Below, one piece after another: positions 52,301-64,000 of a stretch of DNA of 64,000 nt. The stretch lies in assembly GCF_009914755.1 (NCBI RefSeq), contig NC_060925.1; one strand, given 5' to 3'. The translations under genes were made by a program, and so were the position numbers. The number at the start of each line of letters is the position of its first letter. Positions within the stretch are counted from its first letter, which is position 1. The notes beneath the pieces were generated by a model. The model had not been told where the DNA came from. It searched no databases and was given only the letters and a program-made list of their open reading frames with translations. This stretch comes from the human T2T-CHM13v2.0 reference genome, Homo sapiens.

Positions 52301-55300
52301 TTCAACTCACAGAGTTTAACCTTTCTTTTCATAGAGCAGTTCGTAAACACTCTGTTTATAAAGTCTGCAAGTGGATATTCAGACCCCTTTGAGGCCTTCT
52401 TTGGAAACGGGATTTCTTCATATTATGCTAGACAGAAGAATTCTCAGTAACTTCCTTGTGTTGTGTGTATTCAACTGACAGAGTTGAACTTTCATTTAGA
52501 GAGAGCAGATTTGAAACACTGTTTTTGTGGAATTTGCAAGTGGAGATTTCAAGCGCTTTGGGGCCAAAGGCAGAAAAGGAAATATCTTCGTATAAAAACT
52601 AGACAGAATCATTCTCAGAAACTGCTGCGTGATGTGTGCGTTCAACTCTCAGAGTTTAACTTTTCTTTACATTCAGCGGTTTGGAAACACTCTGTTTGTA
52701 AAGTCTGCACGTGGATATTTTGACCACTTAGAGGCCTTCGTTGGAAACGGGATTTTTTCATGTAAGGCTAGACAGAAGAATTCCCAGTAACTTCCTTGTG
52801 TTGTGTGTATTCAACTCACAGAGTTGAACGTTCCCTTAGACAGAGCAGATTTGAAACACTCTATTTGTGCAATTTGCAAGTGTAGATTTCAAGCGCTTTA
52901 TGTTCAATGGCAGAAAAGGAAATCTCTTCGTTTCAAAACTAGACAGAATCATTCCCACAAACTGCGTTGTGATGTGTTCGTTCAACTGACAGAGTTTAAC
53001 CTTTCTGTTCATAGAGCAGTTAGGAAACACTCTGTTTGTAAAGTCTGTAAGTGGATATTCTGACATCTTGTGGCCTTCGTTGGAAAAGGGATTTCTTCAT
53101 ATTCTGCTAGACAGAAGAATTATCAGTAACTTCCTTGTGTTGTGTGTATTCAACTCACAGAGTTGAACGATCCTTTACACAGAGCAGACTTGAAACACTC
53201 TTTTTGTGGAATTTGCAAGTGGAGATTTCAGCCGCTTTGAGGTCAATGGTAGAATAGGAAATATCTTCCTATAGAAAATAGACAGAATGATTTTCAGAAA
53301 CTCCTTTGTGATGTGTGCGTTCAATTCACAGAGTTTAACTTTTCATAGAGCAGTTAGGAAACACTCTGTTTGTAAAGTCTGCAAGTGGATATTCAGACCT
53401 CTTTGAGGCCTTCGTTGGAAACGGGATTTCTTCATATTATGCTAGACAGAATAATTCTCAGTAACTTCCTTGTGTTGTGTGTATTCAACTCACAGATTTG
53501 AACGATCCTTTACAGAGAGCAGACTTGAAACACTCTTTTTGTGGAATTTGCAAGTGGAGATTTCAGCTGCTTTGAGGTAAATGGTAGAAAAGGAATTATC
53601 TTCGTAGAAAAACTAGACAGAATGATTCTCAGAAACTCCTTTGTGATGTGTGTGTTCAACTCACAGAATTTAACCTTTCTTTTCATAGAGCAGTTAGTAA
53701 ACACTCTGTTTATAAAGTCTGCAAGTGGATATTCAGACACCTTTGAGGCCTTCGTTGGAATCGGGATTTCTTCATATTATGCAAGACAGAAGAATTCTCA
53801 GTAACTTCCTTGTGTTGTGTGTATTCAACTGACAGAGTTGAACTTTCATTTAGAGAGAGCAGATTTGAAACACTGTTTTTGTGGAATTTGCAAGTGGTGA
53901 CTTCAAGCGCTTTGGGGCGAAACGCAGAAAAGGAAATATCTTCGTATAAAAACTAGACAGAATCATTCTCAGAAACTGCTGCGTGATGTGTGCGTTCAAC
54001 TCTCAGAGTTTAACTTTTCTTTTCATTCAGCGGTTTGGAAACACTCTGTTTGTAAAGTCTGCACGTGGATATTTTGACCACTTAGAGGCCTTCGTTGGAA
54101 ACGGGTTTTTTTCATGTAAGGCTAGACAGAAGAATTCCCAGTAACTTCCTTGTGTTGTGTGCATTCAACTCACAGAGTTGAACGTTCCCTTAGACAGAGC
54201 AGATTTGAAACACTCTATTTGTGCAATTTGCAAGTGTAGATTTCAAGCGCTTTCAGGTCAATGGCAGAAAAGGAAATATCTTCGTTTCAAAACTAGACAG
54301 AATCATTCCCACAAACTGCGTTGTGATGTGTTCGTTCAACTCACAGAGTTTTACCTTTCTGTTCATAGAGCAGTTAGGAAACACTCTGTTTGTAAAGTCT
54401 GTAAGTGGATATTCTGACATCTTGTGGCCTTCGTTGGAAATGGGATTTCTTCATATTCTGCTAGACAGAAGAATTCTCAGTAACTTCCTTGTGTTGTGTG
54501 TATTCAACTGACAGAGTTGAACTTTCATTTAGAGAGAGCAGATTTGAAACACTGTTTTTGTGGAATTTGCAAGTGGAGATTTCAGCCGCTTTGAGGTCAA
54601 TAGTAGAAAAGGAAATATCTTCGTAGAAAAACTAGACAGAATGATTCTCAGAAACTCCTTTGTGATGTGTGTGTTCAACTCACAGAGTTTATCCTTTCTT
54701 TTCATAGAGCAGTTAGTAAACACTCTGTTTATAAAGTCTGCAAGTGGATATTCAGACCCCTTTGAGGCCTTCTTTGGAAACGGGATTTCTTCATATTCTG
54801 CTAGACAGAAGAATTCTCAGTAACTTCCTTGTGTTGTGTGTATTCAACTCACAGAGTTGAACGATCCTTTACACAGAGAAGACTTGAAACACTCTTTTTG
54901 TGGAATTTGCAAGTGGAGATTTCAGACGCTTTGAGGTCAATGGTAGAAAAGGAAATATCTTCGTATAAAGACTAGACAGAATGATTCTCAGAAACTCCTT
55001 TGTGATGTGTGCGTTCAACTCACAGAGTTTAACTTTTCTTTTCATAGAGCAGTTAGGAAACACTCTGTTTGTAAAGTCTGCAAGTGGATATTCAGACCTC
55101 TTTGAGGCCTTCGTTGGAAACGGGATTTCTTCATATTATGCTAGACAGAATAATTCTCAGTAACTTCCTTGTGTTGTGTGTATTCAACTCACAGAGTTGA
55201 ACGATCCTTTACAGAGAGCAGACTTGAAACACTCTTTTTGTGGAATTTGCAAGTGGAGATTTCAGCCGCTTTGAGGTCAATGGTAGAAAAGGAAATATCT

Positions 55301-58300
55301 TCGTATAAAGACTAGACAGAATGATTCTCAGAAACTCCTTTGTGATTTGTGCGTTCAACTCACAGAGTTTAACTTTTCTTTTCATAGATCAGTTAGGAAA
55401 CACTCTGTTTGTAAAGTCTGCAAGTGGATATTCAGACCTCTTTGAGGCCTTCGTTGGAAACGGGATTTCTTCATATTATGCTAGACAGAATAATTCTCAG
55501 TAACTTCCTTGTGTTGTGTGTATTCAACTCACAGAGTTGAACGATCCTTTAGAGAGAGCAGACTTGAAACACTCTTTTTGTGGAATTTGCAAGTGGAGAT
55601 TTCAGCCGCTTTGTGGTCAATGGTAGAAAAGGAAACTATCATCGTATAAAGACTAGACAGAATGATTCTCAGAAAATCCTTTGTGATGCGTGCGTTCAAC
55701 TCACAGAGTTTAACTTTTCTTTTCATAGAGCAGTTAGGAAACACTCTGTAAAGTCTGCAAGTGGATATTGAGACCCCTTTGAGGCCTTCGTTGGAAACGT
55801 GATTTCTTCATATTCTGCTTGACAGAAGAATTCTCAGTAACTTCCTTGTGTTGTGTGTATTCAAGTCACAGAGTTGAACGATCTTTTACACAGAGCAGAC
55901 TTGAAACACTCTTTTTGTGGAATTTGCAAGTGGAGATTTCAGCCGCTTTGAGGTCAATAGTAGAAAAGGAAATATCTTCGTAGAAAAACTAGACAGAATG
56001 ATTCTCAGAAACTCCTTTGTGATGTGTGTGTTCAACTCACAGAGTTTAACCTTTCTTTTCATAGAGCAGTTCGTAAACACTCTGTTTATAAAGTCTGCAA
56101 GTGGATATTCAGACCCCTTTGAGGCCTTCTTTGGAAACGGGATTTCTTCATATTATGCTAGACAGAAGAATTCTCAGTAACTTCCTTGTGTTGTGTGTAT
56201 TCAACTGACAGAGTTGAACTTTCATTTAGAGAGAGCAGATTTGAAACACTGTTTTTGTGGAATTTGCAAGTGGAGATTTCAAGCGCTTTGGGGCCAAAGG
56301 CAGAAAAGGAAATATCTTCGTATAAAAACTAGACAGAATCATTCTCAGAAACTGCTGCGTGATGTGTGCGTTCAACTCTCAGAGTTTAACTTTTCTTTAC
56401 ATTCAGCGGTTTGGAAACACTCTGTTTGTAAAGTCTGCACGTGGATATTTTGACCACTTAGAGGCCTTCGTTGGAAACGGGATTTTTTCATGTAAGGCTA
56501 GACAGAAGAATTCCCAGTAACTTCCTTGTGTTGTGTGTATTCAACTCACAGAGTTGAACGTTCCCTTAGACAGAGCAGATTTGAAACACTCTATTTGTGC
56601 AATTTGCAAGTGTAGATTTCAAGCGCTTTATGTTCAATGGCAGAAAAGGAAATCTCTTCGTTTCAAAACTAGACAGAATCATTCCCACAAACTGCGTTGT
56701 GATGTGTTCGTTCAACTGACAGAGTTTAACCTTTCTGTTCATAGAGCAGTTAGGAAACACTCTGTTTGTAAAGTCTGTAAGTGGATATTCTGACATCTTG
56801 TGGCCTTCGTTGGAAAAGGGATTTCTTCATATTCTGCTAGACAGAAGAATTATCAGTAACTTCCTTGTGTTGTGTGTATTCAACTCACAGAGTTGAACGA
56901 TCCTTTACACAGAGCAGACTTGAAACACTCTTTTTGTGGAATTTGCAAGTGGAGATTTCAGCCGCTTTGAGGTCAATGGTAGAATAGGAAATATCTTCCT
57001 ATAGAAAATAGACAGAATGATTTTCAGAAACTCCTTTGTGATGTGTGCGTTCAATTCACAGAGTTTAACTTTTCATAGAGCAGTTAGGAAACACTCTGTT
57101 TGTAAAGTCTGCAAGTGGATATTCAGACCTCTTTGAGGCCTTCGTTGGAAACGGGATTTCTTCATATTATGCTAGACAGAATAATTCTCAGTAACTTCCT
57201 TGTGTTGTGTGTATTCAACTCACAGATTTGAACGATCCTTTACAGAGAGCAGACTTGAAACACTCTTTTTGTGGAATTTGCAAGTGGAGATTTCAGCTGC
57301 TTTGAGGTAAATGGTAGAAAAGGAATTATCTTCGTAGAAAAACTAGACAGAATGATTCTCAGAAACTCCTTTGTGATGTGTGTGTTCAACTCACAGAATT
57401 TAACCTTTCTTTTCATAGAGCAGTTAGTAAACACTCTGTTTATAAAGTCTGCAAGTGGATATTCAGACACCTTTGAGGCCTTCGTTGGAATCGGGATTTC
57501 TTCATATTATGCAAGACAGAAGAATTCTCAGTAACTTCCTTGTGTTGTGTGTATTCAACTGACAGAGTTGAACTTTCATTTAGAGAGAGCAGATTTGAAA
57601 CACTGTTTTTGTGGAATTTGCAAGTGGTGACTTCAAGCGCTTTGGGGCCAAACGCAGAAAAGGAAATATCTTCGTATAAAAACTAGACAGAATCATTCTC
57701 AGAAACTGCTGCGTGATGTGTGCGTTCAACTCTCAGAGTTTAACTTTTCTTTTCATTCAGCGGTTTGGAAACACTCTGTTTGTAAAGTCTGCACGTGGAT
57801 ATTTTGACCACTTAGAGGCCTTCGTTGGAAACGGGTTTTTTTCATGTAAGGCTAGACAGAAGAATTCCCAGTAACTTCCTTGTGTTGTGTGCATTCAACT
57901 CACAGAGTTGAACGTTCCCTTAGACAGAGCAGATTTGAAACACTCTATTTGTGCAATTTGCAAGTGTAGATTTCAAGCGCTTTCAGGTCAATGGCAGAAA
58001 AGGAAATATCTTCGTTTCAAAACTAGACAGAATCATTCCCACAAACTGCGTTGTGATGTGTTCGTTCAACTCACAGAGTTTTACCTTTCTGTTCATAGAG
58101 CAGTTAGGAAACACTCTGTTTGTAAAGTCTGTAAGTGGATATTCTGACATCTTGTGGCCTTCGTTGGAAATGGGATTTCTTCATATTCTGCTAGACAGAA
58201 GAATTCTCAGTAACTTCCTTGTGTTGTGTGTATTCAACTGACAGAGTTGAACTTTCATTTAGAGAGAGCAGATTTGAAACACTGTTTTTGTGGAATTTGC

Positions 58301-60576
58301 AAGTGGAGATTTCAGCCGCTTTGAGGTCAATAGTAGAAAAGGAAATATCTTCGTAGAAAAACTAGACAGAATGATTCTCAGAAACTCCTTTGTGATGTGT
58401 GTGTTCAACTCACAGAGTTTAACCTTTCTTTTCATAGAGCAGTTAGTAAACACTCTGTTTATAAAGTCTGCAAGTGGATATTCAGACCCCTTTGAGGCCT
58501 TCTTTGGAAACGGGATTTCTTCATATTCTGCTAGACAGAAGAATTCTCAGTAACTTCCTTGTGTTGTGTGTATTCAACTCACAGAGTTGAACGATCCTTT
58601 ACACAGAGCAGACTTGAAACACTCTTTTTGTGGAATTTGCAAGTGGAGATTTCAGACGCTTTGAGGTCAATGGTAGAAAAGGAAATATCTTCGTATAAAG
58701 ACTAGACAGAATGATTCTCAGAAACTCCTTTGTGATGTGTGCGTTCAACTCACAGAGTTTAACTTTTCTTTTCATAGAGCAGTTAGGAAACACTCTGTTT
58801 GTAAAGTCTGCAAGTGGATATTCAGACCTCTTTGAGGCCTTCGTTGGAAACGGGATTTCTTCATATTATGCTAGACAGAATAATTCTCAGTAACTTCCTT
58901 GTGTTGTGTGTATTCAACTCACAGAGTTGAACGATCCTTTACAGAGAGCAGACTTGAAACACTCTTTTTGTGGAATTTGCAAGTGGAGATTTCAGCCGCT
59001 TTGAGGTCAATGGTAGAAAAGGAAATATCTTCGTATAAAGACTAGACAGAATGATTCTCAGAAACTCCTTTGTGATTTGTGCGTTCAACTCACAGAGTTT
59101 AACTTTTCTTTTCATAGATCAGTTAGGAAACACTCTGTTTGTAAAGTCTGCAAGTGGATATTCAGACCTCTTTGAGGCCTTCGTTGGAAACGGGATTTCT
59201 TCATATTATGCTAGACAGAATAATTCTCAGTAACTTCCTTGTGTTGTGTGTATTCAACTCACAGAGTTGAACGATCCTTTAGAGAGAGCAGACTTGAAAC
59301 ACTCTTTTTGTGGAATTTGCAAGTGGAGATTTCAGCCGCTTTGTGGTCAATGGTAGAAAAGGAAACTATCATCGTATAAAGACTAGACAGAATGATTCTC
59401 AGAAAATCCTTTGTGATGCGTGCGTTCAACTCACAGAGTTTAACTTTTCTTTTCATAGAGCAGTTAGGAAACACTCTGTAAAGTCTGCAAGTGGATATTG
59501 AGACCCCTTTGAGGCCTTCGTTGGAAACGTGATTTCTTCATATTCTGCTAGACAGAAGAATTCTCAGTAACTTCCTTGTGTTGTGTGTATTCAACTCACA
59601 GAGTTGAACGATCTTTTACACAGAGCAGACTTGAAACACTCTTTTTGTGGAATTTGCAAGTGGAGATTTCAGCCGCTTTGAGGTCAATAGTAGAAAAGGA
59701 AATATCTTCGTAGAAAAACTAGACAGAATGATTCTCAGAAACTCCTTTGTGATGTGTGTGTTCAACTCACAGAGTTTAACCTTTCTTTTCATAGAGCAGT
59801 TCGTAAACACTCTGTTTATAAAGTCTGCAAGTGGATATTCAGACCCCTTTGAGGCCTTCTTTGGAAACGGGATTTCTTCATATTATGCTAGACAGAAGAA
59901 TTCTCAGTAACTTCCTTGTGTTGTGTGTATTCAACTGACAGAGTTGAACTTTCATTTAGAGAGAGCAGATTTGAAACACTGTTTTTGTGGAATTTGCAAG
60001 TGGAGATTTCAAGCGCTTTGGGGCCAAAGGCAGAAAAGGAAATATCTTCGTATAAAAACTAGACAGAATCATTCTCAGAAACTGCTGCGTGATGTGTGCG
60101 TTCAACTCTCAGAGTTTAACTTTTCTTTACATTCAGCGGTTTGGAAACACTCTGTTTGTAAAGTCTGCACGTGGATATTTTGACCACTTAGAGGCCTTCG
60201 TTGGAAACGGGATTTTTTCATGTAAGGCTAGACAGAAGAATTCCCAGTAACTTCCTTGTGTTGTGTGCATTCAACTCACAGAGTTGAACGTTCCCTTAGA
60301 CAGAGCAGATTTGAAACACTCTATTTGTGCAATTTGCAAGTGTAGATTTCAAGCGCTTTAAGGTCAACGGCAGAAAAGGAAATATCTTCGTTTCAAAACT
60401 AGACAGAATCATTCCCACAAACTGCGTTGTGATGTGTTCGTTCAACTCACAGAGTTTAACCTTTCTGTTCATAGAGCAGTTAGGAAACACTCTGTTTGTA
60501 AAGTCTGTAAGTGGATATTCTGACATCTTGTGGCCTTCGTTGGAAAAGGGATTTCTTCATATTCTGCTAGACAGAA
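49387..60576 (+). repeat. Variant HOR units U6-U8, 3 x 3,730 bp (22-mer)
   Basis: ORFs at 52156, 55886, 59616 and at 51799, 55529, 59259 step by 3730. Confidence 0.93.
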
Positions 60577-63500
60577 GAATTCTCAGTAACTTCCTTGTGT
60601 TGTGTGTATTCAACTGACAGAGTTGAACTTTCATTTAGAGAGAGCAGATTTGAAACACTGTTTTTGTGGAATTTGCAAGTGGAGATTTCAAGCGCTTTGG
60701 GGCCAAAGGCAGAAAAGGAAATATCTTCGTATGAAAACTAGACAGAATCATTCTCAGAAACTGCTGCGTGATGTGTGCGTTCAACTCTCAGAGTTTAACT
60801 TTTCTTTTCATTCAGCGGTTTGGAAACACTCTGTTTGTAAAGTCTGCACGTGGATATTTTGACCACTTAGACTTTAACCTTTCTTTTCATAGAGCAGTTA
60901 GTAAACACTCTGTTTATAAAGTCTGCAAGTGGATATTCAGACCCCTTTGAGGCCTTCGTTGGAAACGGGATTTCTTCATATTATGCTAGACAGAAGAATT
61001 CTCAGTAACTTCCTTGTGTTATGTGTATTCAACTGACAGAGTTGAACTTTCATTTAGAGAGAGCAGATTTGAAACACTGTTTTTGTGGAATTTGCAAGTG
61101 GAGATTTCAAGCGCTTTGGGGCCAAAGGCAGAAAAGGAAATATCTTCGTATGAAAACTAGACAGAATCATTCTCAGAAACTGCTGCGTGATGTGTGCGTT
61201 GAACTCTCAGAGTTTAACTTTTCTTTTCATTCAGCGGTTTGGAAACACTCTGTTTGTAAAGTCTGCACGTGGATATTTTGACCACTTAGAGGCCTTCGTT
61301 GTAAACCGGTTTTTTTCATGTAAGCCTAGACAGAAGAATTCCCAGTAACTTCCTTGTGTTGTGTGCATTCAACTCACAGAGTTGAACGTTCCCTTAGACA
61401 GAGCAGATTTGAAACACTCTATTTGTGCAATTTGCAAGTGTAGATTTCAAGCGCATTAAGGTCAATGGCAGAAAAGGAAATATCTTCGTTTCAAAATTAG
61501 ACAGAATCATTCCCACAAACTGCGTTGTGATGTGTTCGTTCAACTCACAGAGTTTAACCTTTCTGTTCATATAGCAGTTAGGAAACACTCTCAAAAGTCT
61601 GTAAGTGGATATTCTGACATCTTGTGGCCTTCGTTGGAAACGGGATTTCTTCATATTCTGCTAGACAGAAGAATTCTCAGTAACTTCGTTGTGTTGTGTG
61701 TATTCAACTCACAGAGTTGAACGATCCTTTACAGAGAGCAGACTTGAAACACTCTTTTTGTGGAATTTGCAAGTGGAGATTTCAGCGCTCTGAGGTCAAT
61801 GGTAGAATAGGAAATATCTTCCTATAGAAACTAGACAGAATGATTCTCAGAAACTCCTTTGTGATGTGTGCGTTCAACTCACAGAGTTTATCTTTTCTTT
61901 TCATAGAGCAGTTAGGAAACACTCTGTTTGTAAAGTCTGCATGTGGATATTCAGACCTCTTTGAGGCCTTCGTTCGAAAAGGGATTTCTTCATATTATGC
62001 TAGACAGAATAATTCTCAGTAACTTCCTTGTGTTGTGTGTATTCAACTCACAGAGTTGAACGATCCTTTACACAGAGCAGACTTGAAACTCTCTTTTTGT
62101 GGAATTTGCAAGTGGAGATTTCAGCCGCTTTGTGGTCAATGGTAGAATAGGAAATATCTTCCTATAGAAACTAGACAGAATGATTCTCATAAACTCCTTT
62201 GTGATGTGTGAATTCAACTCACAGAGTTTCACCTTTCTTTTCATAGAGCAGTTAGGAAACACTCTGTTTGTAAAGTCTGCAAGTGGATATTCAGACCTCC
62301 TTGAGGCCTTCGTTGGAAACGGGATTTCTTCATATTCTGCTAGACAGAAGAATTCTCAGTAACTTCCTTGTATTGTGTGTATTCAACTCACAGAGTTGAA
62401 CGATCCTTTACACAGAGCAGACTTGAAACACTCTTTTTGTGGAATTTGCAAGTGGAGATTTCAGCCGCTTTGAGGTCAATGGTAGAAAAGGAAACTATCT
62501 TCGTATAAAGACTAGACAGAATGATTCTCAGAAAATCCTTTGTGATGTGTGCGTTCAACTCACAGAGTTTAACTTTTCTTTTCATAGAGCAGTTAGGAAA
62601 CACTCTGTTTGTAAAGTCTGCAAGTGGATATTCAGACCTCTTTGAGGCCTTCGTTGGAAACGGGATTTCTTCATATTATTCTAGACTGAATAATTCTCAG
62701 TAACTTCCTTGTGTTGTGTGTATTCAACTCACAGAGTTGAACGATCCTTTATAGAGAGCAGACTTGAAACACTCTTTTTGTGGAATTTGCAAGTGGAGAT
62801 TTCAGCCTCTTTGAGGTCAATGGTAGAATAGGAAATATCTTCCTATAGAAACTAGACAGAATGATTCTCAGAATCTGCTTTGTGATGTGTGCGTTCAACT
62901 CACAGAGTTTAACCTTTCTTTTCATAGAGCAGTTAGGAAACACTCTGTTTGTAAAGTCTGCAAGTGGATATTCAGACCTCTTTGAGGCCTTCGTTGGAAA
63001 CGGGATTTCTTCATATTCTGCTAGACAGAAGAATTCTCAGTAACTTCCTTGTGTTGTGTGTATTCAACTCACAAGGTTGAACGATCCTTTACACAGAGCA
63101 GACTTGAAACACTCTTTTTGTGGAATTTGCAAGTGGAGATTTCAGCTGCTTTGAGGTCAATAGTAGAAAAGGAAATATCTTCGTAGAAAAACTACACAGA
63201 ATGATTCTCAGAAACTCCTTTGTGATGTGTGTGTTCAACTCACAGAGTTTAACCTTTCTTTTCATAGAGCAGTTAGTAAACACTCTGTTTATAAAGTCTG
63301 CAAGTGGATATTCAGACCCCTTTGAGGCCTTCGTTGGAAACGGGATTTCTTCATATTCTGCTAGACAGAAGAATTCTCAGTAACTTCCTTGTGTTGTGTG
63401 TATTCAACTGACAGAGTTGAACTTTCATTTAGAGAGAGCAGATTTGAAACACTGTTTTTGTGGAATTTGCAATTGGAGATTTCAAGCGCTTTGGGGCCAA

Positions 63501-64000
63501 AGGCAGAAAAGGAAATATCTTCGTATAAAAACTAGACAGAATCATTCTCAGAAACTGCTGCGTGATGTGTGCGTTCAACTCTCAGAGTTTAACTTTTCTT
63601 TTCATTCAGCGGTTTGGAAACACTCTGTTTGTAAAGTCTGCACGAGGATATTTTGACCCCTTAGAGGCCTTCGTTGGAAACGGGTTTTTTTCATGTAAGG
63701 CTAGACAGAAGAATTCCCAGTAACTTCCTTGTGTTGTGTGCATTCAACTCACAGAGTTGAACGTTCCCTTAGACAGAGCAGATTTGAAACACTCTATTTG
63801 TGCAATTTGCAAGTGTAGATTTCAAGCGCTTTAAGGTCAATGGCAGAAAAGGAAATATCTTCGTTTCAAAACTAGACAGAATCATTCCCACAAACTGCGT
63901 TGTGATGTGTTCGTTCAACTCACAGAGTTTAACCTTTCTGTTCATAGAGCAGTTAGGAAACACTCTGTTTGTAAAGTCTGTAAGTGGATATTCTGACATC
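60577..64000 (+). repeat. Second copy of block ~23535-26617 (offset 37,042 bp, then 37,382/37,383 after one extra dimer at ~62010-62349)
   Basis: ORF pairs 23560/60602, 24352/61394, 25006/62388 and 26013/63396. Shared rare variants: the 419-bp junction, ctctcaaaag, cagcgctctgagg, gttcgaaaagg and ctagactgaataa. Confidence 0.92.
60867..60950 (+). other. Out-of-register junction, copy 3 of 3
   Basis: Same junction at 60871/60872; B dimers start at 60602 and 61021 (419 bp apart). Confidence 0.93.

Larger units (their letters stand above)
33801..60576 (+). repeat. Homogeneous 8-copy expansion of a variant HOR: 3,390 bp x1, 3,049 bp x4, 3,730 bp x3
   Basis: A 5-bp deletion marker (aacttttcatag) occurs at 34021, 37411, 40460, 43509, 46558, 49607, 53337 and 57067. 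Units share gtgacttc, ggaatcgg, gcaagac, gttcgtaaac and ctttacatt. Confidence 0.95.
1..64000 (+). repeat. Alpha-satellite array, suprachromosomal family 1 (J1/J2 dimeric), about 188 dimers of ~340 bp, single orientation
   Basis: ~171-bp monomer and ~340-bp dimer periodicity throughout, with ORF repeats stepping by 339-341 bp. Hallmark motifs are present: cattctcagaaact, tcaactcacagagtt, gaaacactct, ggaaatatct, ctagacagaa. A CENP-B box position falls in every second monomer and GAATTC in most dimers. Confidence 0.99.
1..64000 (+). repeat. Probable S1C1/5/19H1L (D1Z7/D5Z2/D19Z3) HOR family: B+C dimer cassette plus a variable number of A dimers
   Basis: Three dimer classes recur. A: gatcctttacac...cagccgctttgaggtcaatggtag. 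B: ctttcatttagag...ggggccaaaggcag...ttcagcggtttgg...gaccacttagagg. C: gttcccttagac...cgtttcaaaa...cccacaaactgcg...ctgacatcttgtgg. B is usually followed by C. The family assignment is from recalled consensus, not from an alignment. Confidence 0.8.

Noticed and set aside
78-63999. Hundreds of 60-120 aa ORFs on both strands (MILRNSFVMC..., MFPNCSMKRK..., MCIQLTELN...)
   Set aside because: They are translations of the satellite dimer, recurring every 340 bp in overlapping frames, often from non-ATG starts, and freely broken by indels. There is no gene structure or recognisable domain.
1-64000. CRISPR-like array or other novel repeat-spacer system
   Set aside because: Repeats are contiguous ~171-bp monomers with no unique spacers, no leader and no associated genes. 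Alpha satellite explains the whole window.
1-64000. Alu, L1 or other mobile element insertion, or an inversion
   Set aside because: I saw no non-alphoid segment, poly(A) tail, target-site duplication or strand switch. CENP-B boxes stay on the + strand throughout.
1-64000. Assignment to a specific chromosome (1, 5 or 19) or to the active kinetochore site
   Set aside because: The HOR family is shared by three chromosomes and CENP-A position is epigenetic. Neither can be determined without alignment or chromatin data.

Overview
The whole 64 kb window is primate (almost certainly human) centromeric alpha-satellite DNA. It is one uninterrupted, single-orientation tandem array of ~171-bp monomers arranged as ~340-bp suprachromosomal family 1 (J1/J2) dimers, with a CENP-B box position and usually an EcoRI site once per dimer. 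Three recurring dimer types (my labels A, B, C) match my recollection of the S1C1/5/19H1L (D1Z7/D5Z2/D19Z3) 6-mer higher-order repeat (HOR) family; I cannot assign the chromosome. I found no credible genes, RNA genes, transposons or inversions, and all listed ORFs are by-products of the repeat. I found no new gene-based system. What is notable is the array's readable history: a 6,113-bp tandem duplication; an irregular mosaic zone (12-33.8 kb) containing a 3,738-bp duplication and an out-of-register junction present three times in the window; a young 8-copy expansion of 20/18/22-mer variant HORs (33.8-60.6 kb) depleted of intact CENP-B boxes; and a return at 60.6 kb to sequence seen 37 kb earlier. 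All comparisons were made by eye using diagnostic variants and ORF-track offsets.
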